From positions 1 through 64,000 of the IMG/VR virus record IMGVR_UViG_3300017969_000006: a DNA stretch of 64,000 bases; one strand, 5' to 3'. This document shows positions 34,301-44,446 of the stretch, piece after piece. Each line of letters opens with the position of its first letter. The stretch's first letter is position 1. Both the position numbers and the translations under genes were made by a program. Source of the stretch: a virus. The notes below the pieces were generated by a model, which did no database searches, was not told the origin of the DNA, and saw only the letters and a list, made by a program, of their open reading frames with translations.

Positions 34301-35474
34301 CAACTTCTAAAATCACGTCGTTAAAGACGTAGAGGCCGTTAGCCAACCCGGCAGGTATTTGAGTAGTGCGGAAAGAAAGAGAAAAATGTTGCAACGGGTC
34401 ATAGCCAGACGGCCGATTACTAGCCCCATCATTGCCCCAATCGATTGAAAAATGATCGTCGTTGTAAACACCTTCATAATTATCAGATGTCAATAACGGG
34501 AGCACCTGTTCAAGAACAGCCCAATTATCGCTGGATGTTGCGTCATTAATATCCACCGCACTGTTGTACATGTCAATAATGCCCACGACACCGTCAGCGG
34601 CTGGATCGGTCATATCTTGATTTGCTACAACCTGCAAATAATTTTGCTGTTCTGATCGAATGTTCGCAATAAGCGGATGGCCCGTGAATTGCGCCAACCA
34701 TGACCGGACAGACGGATCATGATACTCGGCATCAGTCAAAGTGCTTCGAGTAATCTGTTCCAAACCGGTGAATGACGGCGACAATTCGCCCAACTCGTAA
34801 TCAAACCAGTTTGCGTAAGTTGATACCGTGTCATTCATCGTTGTGGACAGAACGTCGATCAACTTAAACAACGGGTTATCTGGGTCTTCCTGCTGACTAT
34901 CAATATCCCAGTAAAAAGAAGGCATGAACTTGCGTGCGTTTTGCACAACCTGATTTTGGTAGAACGCGTTGTCATCAATCAGGGCGGGAATAGTGAAGTA
35001 GATCGGTTCTCCATTATGTTCCGTGATACTCATCTGAACACGAACAAACGATTCCACAGTTATATCGTCAGGGACGAAATGATTGGAACGAATCTGAGAA
35101 AATCGACCAATATCAGTATTTGTTATGTGTGGTGTGGGCGATGGCTGATTTGATTCAGCAATGACCGTTGAAACATAAAGAGAACCACTTCCTCGTAACT
35201 GAGCGTGGAACATGAGGTCGAAGTCCGCGCTGTTGGCCGCAGGAATTGGAACGTAGTCGATGTAGACGTTTACAGTTCCAGTTGAGTTATTTGGCTGAAT
35301 TTTGTATGCAAAAAAGTTTGGGACTAGCCGGTCGCTTTCCGCATCTGAAAGTACGGCAGAACCACCCGAGAATTGCCATGAAGGTGTGACGTCCTGTATT
35401 TTCCTAAGCGATCCACTGCTATCTGTGGCCTTGAGGGCGGTATCGTTATCGAGAAAATTTACTGTAGTTGCCAT
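31368..35474 (-). CDS. Baseplate wedge (P2 gpI-like) protein with large beta-propeller insertion
   Basis: Follows baseplate J; SWLAQFTG ... GSRDAI ... ARPMGFVFSH; FG-GAP-like repeats in the middle. Confidence 0.6.
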   Translation of the reverse strand: MATTVNFLDNDTALKATDSSGSLRKIQDVTPSWQFSGGSAVLSDAESDRLVPNFFAYKIQPNNSTGTVNVYIDYVPIPAANSADFDLMFHAQLRGSGSLYVSTVIAESNQPSPTPHITNTDIGRFSQIRSNHFVPDDITVESFVRVQMSITEHNGEPIYFTIPALIDDNAFYQNQVVQNARKFMPSFYWDIDSQQEDPDNPLFKLIDVLSTTMNDTVSTYANWFDYELGELSPSFTGLEQITRSTLTDAEYHDPSVRSWLAQFTGHPLIANIRSEQQNYLQVVANQDMTDPAADGVVGIIDMYNSAVDINDATSSDNWAVLEQVLPLLTSDNYEGVYNDDHFSIDWGNDGASNRPSGYDPLQHFSLSFRTTQIPAGLANGLYVFNDVILEVEDSIDGELYSIPVSLRVAVDTLFSPLVWILIRFHKYSDGPDRMHWSMSDKKALFAFQQMAGAVIVDGNTGARTTRTTPDANYGGGNSQYDPTSLFIRGAHQDAQTASYVTNQGKYALMPWFDASARQLQLAVFNDPDRVTNYSHSAYTTSYGEFSIYGQPYTTQDRTLQQYIQKSNVVVIDWVKSVNDTLWPEDWPRKSWSGSPPSETTDYDHGLAFRIIESPSDRLFTKFGYDVAITDDGNTVFASAVNWNPEETTVTDYQYGLFWGHDQGCVYVFDWDPDALEYVQRGDPIYVDGETVTPPSVASQLDNWDMENGGFGTYIDITPDGSVLSVTSMRNVYIFVWDGQRWVQDFSFDDLLTFNYDNSDSWSLWRPCARLNEDGTSIVISGGVSRQDLIAARAASHEGLGSSTSFTYRMAVFDRQSAGVWKQRGSWMETPDLYALTPQEIVFPTTWDMSSTYDSAFGGALNEFYLGSGYETVNFWGNFTSCDISGDGQSVVIGCPGGLLGLYHDDVLINAADSGFLQAFRWNSSSASWEVMEAGQTPAFDYKVYESSIAGGGQDIILAGPHRMSPQSTSFQTRLGSTVRMSYDGNMITAGMFSHVEDLGPNLWIYNGRPTLYESNLKSLGVRESGWIHAFYSGYKPAITPNSDGSVDNSIWYSFNYLSWSHYGVGMAGRSRRTEYQAGLTLEQMGISLKRPNTNAYSSIHADYIGPSKFIQVINMIAGSFDVDPGIVGTLSDMRRGDIFYVYDGIDWFKYKYSGTYWDQRLNSSDPECPIAILGYGGSLARQGVATGDLTWIGYSSVERIYGYPGSPQWDSFTTTSPEIFTGYVYAVDGPALALPTTVTSSSHFNTTEAEAFAIYQMSDASFGWASGSRDAIVSTVQQVLSGDKTVALSPNYRGIDWRIHIRTVESETPDVDPVTNSSMTVLNIAELARPMGFVFSHAVQDAIYLTLNNVGVGRLDLFELGGFGAENV

Positions 35475-35475
35475 G

Positions 35476-36705
35476 TTAACTCGAAGCAGTCAGATTAACA
35501 GTGATGTTACTTGATGCGGAATTAGGTATGAGCCCTTTCCTCAGGAATGTGACGTTACCGCTTGTCTCTGTTGCGATGTTTCCTGCCGCGACGTTGCCTG
35601 CGATATCCCCAATTACAACGTCTTCGACATACAAAACGCCGGGCATCGAACGCGCAACATTGGAGACTTCCGCAACACGAATTGATTCGATGTCACCATT
35701 GAATCCCGCAGGACTTAAATATTTTTGAACCTCTTGCTGAACTGTTTCTCGTACAACATCAGCAGAATAAGTCACGTCATAAATGATATTGATTGTGCAT
35801 GAAACTTCGATAGGTGTGTAGTTGTAAACCCCGATATAAAGTCCTGCAATTGACCGATTAGTCACATCTAATTGAATGTCGTAAAGTTCCGCATTAGTGA
35901 GCGTTCGATCGATTCCATAAACAAAAACTGACGCATATCCCGGTGCGTTAGGAGCAACAAAATCTAAACCACCACCTGCATCGCCGTTGGTTAGATCATA
36001 AACCTTGGCTTGGGAAACATTGGAATATTGCGTCACGATATGTGATCGCATTTGTTCAGTTGTTGCGAATGATGCTGACAAAGCCCGAATAGCCGTCGTG
36101 CATCTCGCCAAGTAGGTGATGTCTGTTTCGGCATTCGTTCCATTGGAAAAATCAGCGAGAGCACTAACATCACCAAGTTCAGGGATAACAGTTTGACAAA
36201 CAAACTCCGCTCCTTCAGGAACCAAAGGATGAATTCCAGTCAGAGTCGAAAGCACTTCAACTTCAACATAATGCAGAGGATCTGTCTCCGTTTGATTTGC
36301 GCCTCTCAGAATTGCAATTGCATCAGTGTTTTCATAAGTGAACGATTGATCATCACCCGCAACACTGATTGTGTAACTGAAGGTTGTTCCTGCTGGGATA
36401 TAAACATCTACAAACTCGCCAGCAAACAAACGCAATGTGACAGAAGCCCTAGTGCCCTCATCGCGGTATACCCCAAGTATGCGGGCAACACCTTCCATAA
36501 TTCTCGGCGGTAGGCGATTGATCGCTGCCGTATTTAGCGTTGTCATGTATGACATTGCTTGGAAAATTGCATCGTCAACCGTTCCTTGACGCAAGGTAAA
36601 ATCAGGAAGAGTTAAGCGGGCAAGTTCGATTGCGCCAAAGTAAACGTCAACCGGATTAACATCGTAGGGAGTGAGATCTACGTACTCCGAAAAATCTGAT
36701 GGCAT
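35476..36705 (-). CDS. Baseplate J-like protein
   Basis: INRLP...ILGVYR..GT.A, IPAGT, GTNAETD..YLAR, MPGVLYV. Confidence 0.85.
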   Translation of the reverse strand: MPSDFSEYVDLTPYDVNPVDVYFGAIELARLTLPDFTLRQGTVDDAIFQAMSYMTTLNTAAINRLPPRIMEGVARILGVYRDEGTRASVTLRLFAGEFVDVYIPAGTTFSYTISVAGDDQSFTYENTDAIAILRGANQTETDPLHYVEVEVLSTLTGIHPLVPEGAEFVCQTVIPELGDVSALADFSNGTNAETDITYLARCTTAIRALSASFATTEQMRSHIVTQYSNVSQAKVYDLTNGDAGGGLDFVAPNAPGYASVFVYGIDRTLTNAELYDIQLDVTNRSIAGLYIGVYNYTPIEVSCTINIIYDVTYSADVVRETVQQEVQKYLSPAGFNGDIESIRVAEVSNVARSMPGVLYVEDVVIGDIAGNVAAGNIATETSGNVTFLRKGLIPNSASSNITVNLTASS

Positions 36706-36708
36706 ACG

Positions 36709-37002
36709 TCATCGTCTCCTGAACGAAAAGTTGACAATGTTTTCACCCTCGTCGTTGATTGCTGATTCAACTGATTCAATTTCAACCTCAGGCACAAAAC
36801 GTGAAGCGTGCAAGACAAATGCACCTTTTTCGACACCGTTAAATGTTGGATCCCAGATACCAAAATCGGGAGTCAAGGGGAGCGACTGTGGCTCCGTCAA
36901 GGTGCAAATAGACAACAACTGCTTGTAATAGTCGTCAGTACCATCGACATCTCTCACAAGGCCATTGGCATCAAATTGTAAAGGGAACTTCATTGCGTCC
37001 AT
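36709..37002 (-). CDS. Baseplate wedge gp25/GPW-like protein
   Basis: MKFPL...LTEP...L.PDFGI.DP.F...FVPEV. Confidence 0.75.
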   Translation of the reverse strand: MDAMKFPLQFDANGLVRDVDGTDDYYKQLLSICTLTEPQSLPLTPDFGIWDPTFNGVEKGAFVLHASRFVPEVEIESVESAINDEGENIVNFSFRRR

Positions 37003-37024
37003 AATTACCACCGTAACAATTCTA

Positions 37025-37441
37025 TCAATGATAACCCTGAAGGGTGCTTACCTGCGATTGAAGGGTACTTACCTGCGATTGCAGGGTGCTTACCTGCGAC
37101 TGAAGGGTGCTTACCTGCGACTCCAGAGCGTCTATTCGATTATCCAGCGATGCAGCGTAGGTTTGCAGTGCAAATACGTCATACGACCTATCCAACGCGC
37201 CAATTACAACAAGATTGTTTTTATTATGGTCAATAAACGCGCAAAGGACCCGCTCATTGACCTTCAGTGGTTGCTTCGGTGTAGAAAACACAACCGAACA
37301 ATCCGTGATAGTGATACCAAGCATGGGAACCTTAACTGCGACACGACGCGTAGATCCGACATGCGTGACAGTGCCGATATAAATACCGCCACCCGGTTCC
37401 GGATGGGAGGCACCACTAGCAGCAGAAACAAAACCAGCCAT
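37025..37441 (-). CDS. Baseplate spike (gpV/gp5 OB-fold-like) with C-terminal heptad repeat
   Basis: GIYIGTV, V.VP, ERVLCAF...VVIG; position before gp25. Confidence 0.6.
   Translation of the reverse strand: MAGFVSAASGASHPEPGGGIYIGTVTHVGSTRRVAVKVPMLGITITDCSVVFSTPKQPLKVNERVLCAFIDHNKNNLVVIGALDRSYDVFALQTYAASLDNRIDALESQVSTLQSQVSTLQSQVSTLQSQVSTLQGYH
37038..37121. repeat. 21-bp tandem repeat x4 encoding SQVSTLQ
   Basis: tgaagggtgcttacctgcga[tc] repeated four times. Confidence 0.9.
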
Positions 37442-38532
37442 CAGTTTCCAAACCTTTCCATGTAATCAAACACGGACTCGAATTTCTGTCCAACAGCAAG
37501 TTGATTAATTTCTTTATCTTCACGCTCTGGTGAGCGAAATTCGATACTGACCGGGTCATTACCCAAATGCGAGTAACTCACATTACTAATAATATACGGC
37601 CCCTGCATTGTCGGATAATTTGTCACATGCACCGTCATTCCAGCACGCAATTTTGACCCAGAAGACCGTTCCAACTCAGCAGAACCTTGCACGGCAAGAG
37701 GGTCGTTGTCTGAGCGGCGAAGACTTGGCATTGAAACAAGTTTGAATGTGTCATCCGACCTGCTTGGATAACGGATGGGGCAAACATTCATTTCCGTAGC
37801 ATTTTGCATATAGGGAATAACTTCCTCTTTTGGAATATTTTGGAAGTCTGAACCCCATCTACCCAGTAAATATTTTTGAGAACAGAAAAACAAAACGCCT
37901 TCCGACTCAAACACGACAAACTTCGCATCAGAGGCCAGTCGCGAAAGAACATCCCAAGTCGAGTCAGCGGCACGATCGTTAGTTGCCTTATTTATCTTTT
38001 GTGTTTTTGAAGTAGATTCTGCAACGCAATCAAGACCATAATCATGGGCAACGTTAATAACCCAGTTGTGTCCGGTTCCCTTGATGCTTGAAGGATTTTT
38101 GTCACGGCGCATCTGCTGTACAGCCTTGTTTCTCAATTCCAGCGTCCATACTGGTTCGCTTGCCGGGCCGGAAGCACAAGCAGCAGAAGCAATTTCGAGT
38201 GACATGAATTGATGTGCGGCGAGCGTTTCTGCCGCTCCGACACCGTAACCATCCATAAGTTTGAGATCTGTGAGTGTGGATGTTTTAAAATAGACATCGC
38301 GACCAATAGCAAAATAGTTCGCTCGAGCAAGTTCGAAATTTGGGTCGTGAACACGAACAGTGAGTTGTGTCGCGAGATCGATTCCCATTTCAACTTGAAT
38401 GTCGAGAATCGCATCCCGAATATCGCTTTTACCATCTATCAGTGTTGGGTCATCCCAAACAAGGTCGGTTCGTCGGTCGACGAACTCGGCAGTACCACTA
38501 GACGTCCAATAATCGCTGTAAACATCACTCAT
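37441..38532 (-). CDS. Baseplate hub (late control gpD/XkdQ-like)
   Basis: STWDVLSRLASD..FVVFE.EGVLFF, LRAGMTV, YIISNV; position. Confidence 0.7.
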   Translation of the reverse strand: MSDVYSDYWTSSGTAEFVDRRTDLVWDDPTLIDGKSDIRDAILDIQVEMGIDLATQLTVRVHDPNFELARANYFAIGRDVYFKTSTLTDLKLMDGYGVGAAETLAAHQFMSLEIASAACASGPASEPVWTLELRNKAVQQMRRDKNPSSIKGTGHNWVINVAHDYGLDCVAESTSKTQKINKATNDRAADSTWDVLSRLASDAKFVVFESEGVLFFCSQKYLLGRWGSDFQNIPKEEVIPYMQNATEMNVCPIRYPSRSDDTFKLVSMPSLRRSDNDPLAVQGSAELERSSGSKLRAGMTVHVTNYPTMQGPYIISNVSYSHLGNDPVSIEFRSPEREDKEINQLAVGQKFESVFDYMERFGN

Positions 38533-40079
38533 ACCGGAGTAGCCAGACCGCTAATCAAATTTACATCAAAATTCTTCCCTGCTCCATCAACACCGGAACT
38601 GAACAACGGAGCAGAGCCTTGGTCGCTGCTGGTGGGTTTCTTGATTGCCGGCACAGGAATAGAGAACTTCGGCATTGAAAATTTTACAACTGTCAATTTT
38701 TCGATCGGGATTTCCCTTAACGTCAAACGAATTGTTGCCGCTGTGATTTCGCGACTTTGAGAATTCATTGACCGCCGCAGTGATGTCACCTGCATGTCGG
38801 TAATAACGAACTCCATCGGCTTCCCCGTCTCGGCAGCACGTTTCAACTGGATACGGAACATGTCATCCAAGTTAAACACTGAAACAGGGGCACGTCGTTG
38901 CGACATGCGACGCAATGTATCGATGCGTGCTTGAACACTATTGAAGATGCCATCAGGCACAGTGGCACCGCCTTGTTCAACTCGATCCTCAGCGACTGTA
39001 AATTCCATTTCGGCTTGCATGAGGCTCCAGCCAGCCCATTCAACAAGTGGATAGTTCCCCTGACGATCAATATCCACCCATTCTGAACCCAGACCAGAAT
39101 AACTAATAGTATTCGGAACATAAGGGAAGTAGAAAATATCTTGACGCGACTCTGAACGTTTCCCACCCGAAACCGTAGTGTCGGTAACGTATTCAGTGTA
39201 AGTCTGAATAATTTGGGGTCGTAGATCCGGCGCTTTGTCGGGGGGAGCAGAGTAACCAAAAGGCGCTTTAATAGTCACTTTTCTCGTAGCGGGCGTAGGC
39301 GCAATGGCATCCCGTGCAGGACTATTCGATGGACCAGTCTGCCTAGAACCCGAAGGACTACTCGCGTTGCCGCTCTGACGTTTTACTGACTCGCCAGTAA
39401 TCGACTGAGACGGGTCAAAATACCAACGAATATACGCATCTGTATATCCAGCGTTCTTCAATGCTTCTTCCGCTTTACCCTTCAAAGACGCAATTGCGCC
39501 ATGTAGCGCATAACTGCTAGAGAAATCCGACGATTCAAGAGAACTGATTTGTCGGCGCACACCGTTTGTAATACGATCCATTTCAGAACGCGTGTTACTA
39601 AGTTGATCAGACAGACGATCATCAGATGAAGTTGCTATCGCATACGGGGTCATGCTTGGAGACGAAAGATTCGCACCATTTGAAGTTGTTGACGAAGCGT
39701 ACGCCTGTTCTCTCTGAACTTGAGCAATCCATGCATCTTTTTGAAACGTCGTTTTGACCTTATATTGCGGGTTGTATCCGTAGATTTTTGAACCAACCTT
39801 GTAATGAGACGCAGACGAGCCCGCTGGCCAAACCCATTTAGCGTAGGTTTTAGTGTAATTACTAATGCTGTACGGGTTATCAGGGTGTCCGGGCCCTAAA
39901 GTTTTCGTGTACGTTTCACTCTTCGCTTTGCCCCACAGGCGTTGAACGTAATAGGTGTTTCCGACTTTCTGTAAACCCCAGTAAGATTCAACCCGATACA
40001 TAGTGTCTTGGTAACACAACGTGCCGGTTTCGTTCCGAACCGTATAAGCAATATTTACAGGCCAGTTTTCGCCACTCAT
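38529..40079 (-). CDS. Tail tube initiator/baseplate protein
   Basis: C-terminal FPYVP..ISY....EW..IDRQG..PL...A.I.LTLRE; immediately after TMP. Confidence 0.55.
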   Translation of the reverse strand: MSGENWPVNIAYTVRNETGTLCYQDTMYRVESYWGLQKVGNTYYVQRLWGKAKSETYTKTLGPGHPDNPYSISNYTKTYAKWVWPAGSSASHYKVGSKIYGYNPQYKVKTTFQKDAWIAQVQREQAYASSTTSNGANLSSPSMTPYAIATSSDDRLSDQLSNTRSEMDRITNGVRRQISSLESSDFSSSYALHGAIASLKGKAEEALKNAGYTDAYIRWYFDPSQSITGESVKRQSGNASSPSGSRQTGPSNSPARDAIAPTPATRKVTIKAPFGYSAPPDKAPDLRPQIIQTYTEYVTDTTVSGGKRSESRQDIFYFPYVPNTISYSGLGSEWVDIDRQGNYPLVEWAGWSLMQAEMEFTVAEDRVEQGGATVPDGIFNSVQARIDTLRRMSQRRAPVSVFNLDDMFRIQLKRAAETGKPMEFVITDMQVTSLRRSMNSQSREITAATIRLTLREIPIEKLTVVKFSMPKFSIPVPAIKKPTSSDQGSAPLFSSGVDGAGKNFDVNLISGLATPV

Positions 40080-43000
40080 CGCCGCTCCCTATCAGACTGC
40101 TCGCGTGCTTTAATTCGAGACATCACAGTGTCAGCAATAAGTTGCGGATCTGCTCCAGAACCATTCACGTTAATCGTGTAGTTGTACGTCATATTTCCAG
40201 CAGTAGACCCCATGGTGGCCGGCGAGGAAGAGTCACCGGTGTTCGGTACCGCATGCAAATGACGAGAACCAGCGGAACCATGGAACTCCGCAAAACCGCC
40301 GCCGTTTTCAATCATTTGTTTGTACTGACCGAGGTTGTCTCCGATCAGGTCGAGAGCACCGCCCTTAATGTGGTCAGAACTTGGGCTTCCGAGATTGAAA
40401 TTGCGCCAACCAGATGTCACAATTTGTTTGCCGTTAATCATCGATGACAGCGAACGGTGTGCCGCCATGGTGCGACCAAATCGTCCAGAAGCAGTGTCAC
40501 CCCTCGGCGAGGAAGTATCCGAAGAACCTCCTGTGCTTGGAGGTGTCGTCGTCGTCGGGTCTGTCTCAATACCCAAGTCGGCGAGAGCATCATTCATCGC
40601 TTTCGTCAACCTACCCAACTGCGAAATGAATTCATCAGTCTGACCTTCAAGGCTCTTGCCCGTATCCTCAATCTCGTTAATCATGATGTCAAGACCATAC
40701 GATTTGAGAATGGCTTCAATTTCAGACTGCGACTTACCCTCAAAAATGTCGCCCGTGATACCCTCAGCCAATCTTCGAACACCAGCCGATCCCAAAGCCG
40801 AATAGCGGCCTTCAAAGTTGGTTCCTTGAGCAACGGAGAATCCTGCATTTCTCAATACGCTCTGAATTTGCTCGGTAACCATACTGTTATCAGCAATACT
40901 TCCTGTACCAATGGTATCGAGGAACTGAGCAATAGGCCCAAAACTGCGAAGAGCACCCTCCATTCCCTCCAGAGTTCTGCCTTGACCAAACGCTGCGCCG
41001 CCACGACCAAACTGTCTCGTGAACTCCTGATTGGCACGGAAAACGTCGCCGCCATACAACGACACCAACGAGTCGTAAATCGCTGTGAGTTGCTCTCCGA
41101 TATCTGCTGATGTGAGAGAGCCCTCGGAATTCATCTCAACCAGAGCGCGAGCCGCCTCGTCCATAATCAACGGTGCGTTCTCTGCCTCAATTGACTTATT
41201 TAGTTGCGCAAAAACATCGGACGCTTCGTCAGCCATAGCGCCTTGCAACTGCTGATATGACTGAATCATGTTTTGCGTCAAGGAAGCAATCATGTCCGAC
41301 GTTTTCGCTGTAGCGTCATACAGATTGGTACCAGTTTCATGAGCGAGACTAATAATTTGGTCTTCAGTCATATGAAGCGCATCTCGCAGACCGCTCATCC
41401 GGTCGTTATATGTTGAATCTGCGAAATCAATCGCATCAACAAATGCCTCAACCTGCGGAGTCAGTTTTTCTAACGCCTCTTTAGGTTTTTCCATCATCTC
41501 GGCTAATTGTTCCGTCGAGATTTCAAGACCAAGCGCTCGACGGTTATCGTAAATATTTTGGATTTGCTCTTTTCGATATGCGTCATCTATATTGGCACCA
41601 CGACGATTCAAGAGAAGACCCATGCCGGCTGCTCCAAGGGGGCCACCCAGCAGATAACCGCCACCCATCAGAGCCGCACCTTTTAAGCCCCCGACGCCAC
41701 CCATGCTCTTTCGATTCGGGTCACCCTTAATAGCCTGTCGTGAACTGGCAGCAACCTTTCGCAACTCATCAACATTGAAGACCGAACCAAGATTGCCACT
41801 CACCGCAGCAAGTTCTTTAGCCGTTGAACCCTTCAAACCCGCGAGTGCCTCAGAGAACATCGACGATCCGATTTCCTCACCGGCTTCCCGTGCCGCATCT
41901 TTCTTCGCATTGTTTTTATTCCAAAACGACTTGACGCCACCCACAACACCACCGGCAATGGCACCAATAATCGCTCCATGAATACCGAACTGTGCGCCCA
42001 TCGCGGCACCACCGGCGGCACCACCCAAAGTTCCGACAACAGAATTCTCTGCCGTAAGAGCAGTTCCCAAACCGGCGACACCGAGACCCATCAACGGATT
42101 AAATCCAGCAACCATCGAACCCAACGCCATTGCACCCTGAGTTTCCTCAGGCATAAATTGGCTCGCAATACCTAAGCCAGCCATGGTACCCATGCGGGCC
42201 GTGCCGGAATTATTGAAACGACCCACGCCCTCCATGAAACGCTGCCTCGTCGGAGTTCCCGTTCGCCACGAACGTGGACCATACTGGCCGGAGAAACGTT
42301 GCAGGGCGCTCGGCCCAGCCCATACTGGGCTTCCAGCCATGTACCCGCTCGCACCCGGAGTACCAAGGCCACGATTGTATTGCTGTGCGGCACGCAACCC
42401 CGACATACCGCCGTTGCGGTACGCGCTATAGAGGCTTTGACGCTGAGCCGCTGTCCCTGCAACAGGAGGAGGCAACATTCCCCCGCTCGTTTGGCTACGC
42501 ATCCCGTTTGCCGGACCCGGATACAACTGTCCGCCAGCAGTACCACCGGTAACATTAACAACACCAGCATTAACATTCATGGTCCCAGTGTTCTTCGGGA
42601 CAAAACCACCTTTGGTGTTTTTCATGGAACGGAACATGATGCCCGCACCCATCAGCAACCCGAACGCACCGAAACCATCACCCATGCCACCGAAAATGCT
42701 GGCAGATGCTTTGAAAACCTGACCAAGTGCACTGACGATCTGTTTTACGCCCTCAAGGATTTTATTGACAAACGGAAGTGCTTTGAAGAACAACTCACGT
42801 GACACATCCATGATTTCGCCGAACTTGGCGAGGATTGCCCCAACCTTGGTGCCAAATTCTTCAAGGTTTTCCCTATTGTCTTGAATCATCTCATTGAGAG
42901 ATCCGAACCCTTCACGGAATCTATCAATGACAGGCATAAAGATGTTTTTCAACATCTGCTCTAAAACTCGTGCGCCTTCAATTAACGGCCGGAGCGACTC

Positions 43001-44224
43001 CTTAATATTATTCCAGCCTTTAGTAAACCTTTCCCAACGGTCAGCCATCCGTTGCATCATTCCGGTTGCTCGAGGCAAGTAGTCGCGAATCAACATGACA
43101 AAAATGTCGGAAAGTTTCTCGGCGAAACCACCCACACTGTCAATAAATGGTCCGTTGCCGAAACGGATCAATTCGCCTTGGACTCTACGGAATGCGTTCT
43201 CGAAAGTATTAAGAACTTCTCGGGTGACTTCCTTCAGGGGTTTCAAAAACTGTTGACCGAAGTCAGCGAAGTTATTTTGGATCTCAGTGAAACCACCCTT
43301 AAGCACACTAACCAACGTGCTATTCACAGCCCCAAACTGGCCTTCAACACCGCCAAGAACAGCAAGGTTTCCTGAAAGAATTGCCTCTTTCAATTCTTCA
43401 GCCGTATTGATGCCCTGCTTTTTCGCTTCCTCCATGGCTTTTTTCATCTCAGGCCCGAGCGCTTCAGCCGCTTTAGTAATTTCACCAAACGACTTCTTCG
43501 GATCCTGCAACAAACCAATAAACTCGCCGGCGGCTTTTACGCCTTGCTCGAGTGGCTGGCCAGCAGAAGCAAAATCCATCAAACCTTTAAGGAGATTTTG
43601 TGATCCACGAGTGAAGGTGGAATTCTTAGACACCGCAGCATATGCGGCATTCAAATTCTTCAGACCAACAGAAGCAAGTGCGGTATCGGTATGCAAGCCG
43701 CGCATCACGACTCGTACCTGATTCAGGTTGCTACCGAACTCACCAAACCCTGAATTGCGTCCCTTGTAGGCATGCATTGCTGCTGTTTGTTCACGCATGG
43801 CGGCAGCAACGGCAGCAATTGCGACAGCGGCAGCAGCGGCACCGGCGGCAACAACATTAAGCATTGCATGATACGCCCTACCTAACAGGTTGCCAGCCTT
43901 AAAAAGGGCATGAACGCCAATCATTGCAGCACCCATCAGCGCAAATTCGGCGACTGTTGCTTTCAACATGAGGCCCAGTCCCTTAAGGGAGACCTTGCCA
44001 AACATCGCAACCATTTTGTCTACGGAGTCAAAATGTCTCTTCCACGATTTGGTGATGTTCGTGAGCCGCTTATTTACAGCGTCGTTGTAACCCTTGGAAA
44101 AAGCATTCAACTTAGCCTGAGTTGCTGTGGCAGCAGCACCGATCTGAAGAAGACCATTACGAACTTTTCGGAGTTGGCGTTCCCCAATTGCCCCAATTTT
44201 AATTCGTAGTGATGCTTGTTCCAT
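40076..44224 (-). CDS. Tape measure protein with C-terminal M15-like peptidase motif
   Basis: 1382 aa, Ala/Gly-rich helical, after tail chaperones; VTSGWR...SDHIKGGALD...HLH. Confidence 0.88.
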   Translation of the reverse strand: MEQASLRIKIGAIGERQLRKVRNGLLQIGAAATATQAKLNAFSKGYNDAVNKRLTNITKSWKRHFDSVDKMVAMFGKVSLKGLGLMLKATVAEFALMGAAMIGVHALFKAGNLLGRAYHAMLNVVAAGAAAAAVAIAAVAAAMREQTAAMHAYKGRNSGFGEFGSNLNQVRVVMRGLHTDTALASVGLKNLNAAYAAVSKNSTFTRGSQNLLKGLMDFASAGQPLEQGVKAAGEFIGLLQDPKKSFGEITKAAEALGPEMKKAMEEAKKQGINTAEELKEAILSGNLAVLGGVEGQFGAVNSTLVSVLKGGFTEIQNNFADFGQQFLKPLKEVTREVLNTFENAFRRVQGELIRFGNGPFIDSVGGFAEKLSDIFVMLIRDYLPRATGMMQRMADRWERFTKGWNNIKESLRPLIEGARVLEQMLKNIFMPVIDRFREGFGSLNEMIQDNRENLEEFGTKVGAILAKFGEIMDVSRELFFKALPFVNKILEGVKQIVSALGQVFKASASIFGGMGDGFGAFGLLMGAGIMFRSMKNTKGGFVPKNTGTMNVNAGVVNVTGGTAGGQLYPGPANGMRSQTSGGMLPPPVAGTAAQRQSLYSAYRNGGMSGLRAAQQYNRGLGTPGASGYMAGSPVWAGPSALQRFSGQYGPRSWRTGTPTRQRFMEGVGRFNNSGTARMGTMAGLGIASQFMPEETQGAMALGSMVAGFNPLMGLGVAGLGTALTAENSVVGTLGGAAGGAAMGAQFGIHGAIIGAIAGGVVGGVKSFWNKNNAKKDAAREAGEEIGSSMFSEALAGLKGSTAKELAAVSGNLGSVFNVDELRKVAASSRQAIKGDPNRKSMGGVGGLKGAALMGGGYLLGGPLGAAGMGLLLNRRGANIDDAYRKEQIQNIYDNRRALGLEISTEQLAEMMEKPKEALEKLTPQVEAFVDAIDFADSTYNDRMSGLRDALHMTEDQIISLAHETGTNLYDATAKTSDMIASLTQNMIQSYQQLQGAMADEASDVFAQLNKSIEAENAPLIMDEAARALVEMNSEGSLTSADIGEQLTAIYDSLVSLYGGDVFRANQEFTRQFGRGGAAFGQGRTLEGMEGALRSFGPIAQFLDTIGTGSIADNSMVTEQIQSVLRNAGFSVAQGTNFEGRYSALGSAGVRRLAEGITGDIFEGKSQSEIEAILKSYGLDIMINEIEDTGKSLEGQTDEFISQLGRLTKAMNDALADLGIETDPTTTTPPSTGGSSDTSSPRGDTASGRFGRTMAAHRSLSSMINGKQIVTSGWRNFNLGSPSSDHIKGGALDLIGDNLGQYKQMIENGGGFAEFHGSAGSRHLHAVPNTGDSSSPATMGSTAGNMTYNYTINVNGSGADPQLIADTVMSRIKAREQSDRERR

Positions 44225-44242
44225 TGGGCTGAACCCCTACAA

Positions 44243-44446
44243 CTAAGACCGATTTTGTCGTGCTTTTCGCTCCTGTTCCTCACGGTCGCGCTCTATAACT
44301 TTAGCACAGGCCATAAGTAGTACCCATTCGTCATCGTCAAGGGCGAGCAAATCCAAAGGATTTGTTCCCCATAACTCTCCTAGTCGAGCCGAAGAAATCA
44401 CATAGGAATCTTCGGTTAATTCATCTAGGAGTCCTTCGTAGGGTCC
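44243..44446 (-). CDS. Tail assembly chaperone, frameshifted (T) segment
   Basis: Open -1 frame GPYEGLLDELTEDSYVISSARLGELWGTNPLDLLALDDDEWVLLMACAKVIERDREE..; overlaps G_GAC_CCT. Confidence 0.7.
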   Translation of the reverse strand, partial: GPYEGLLDELTEDSYVISSARLGELWGTNPLDLLALDDDEWVLLMACAKVIERDREEQERKARQNRS

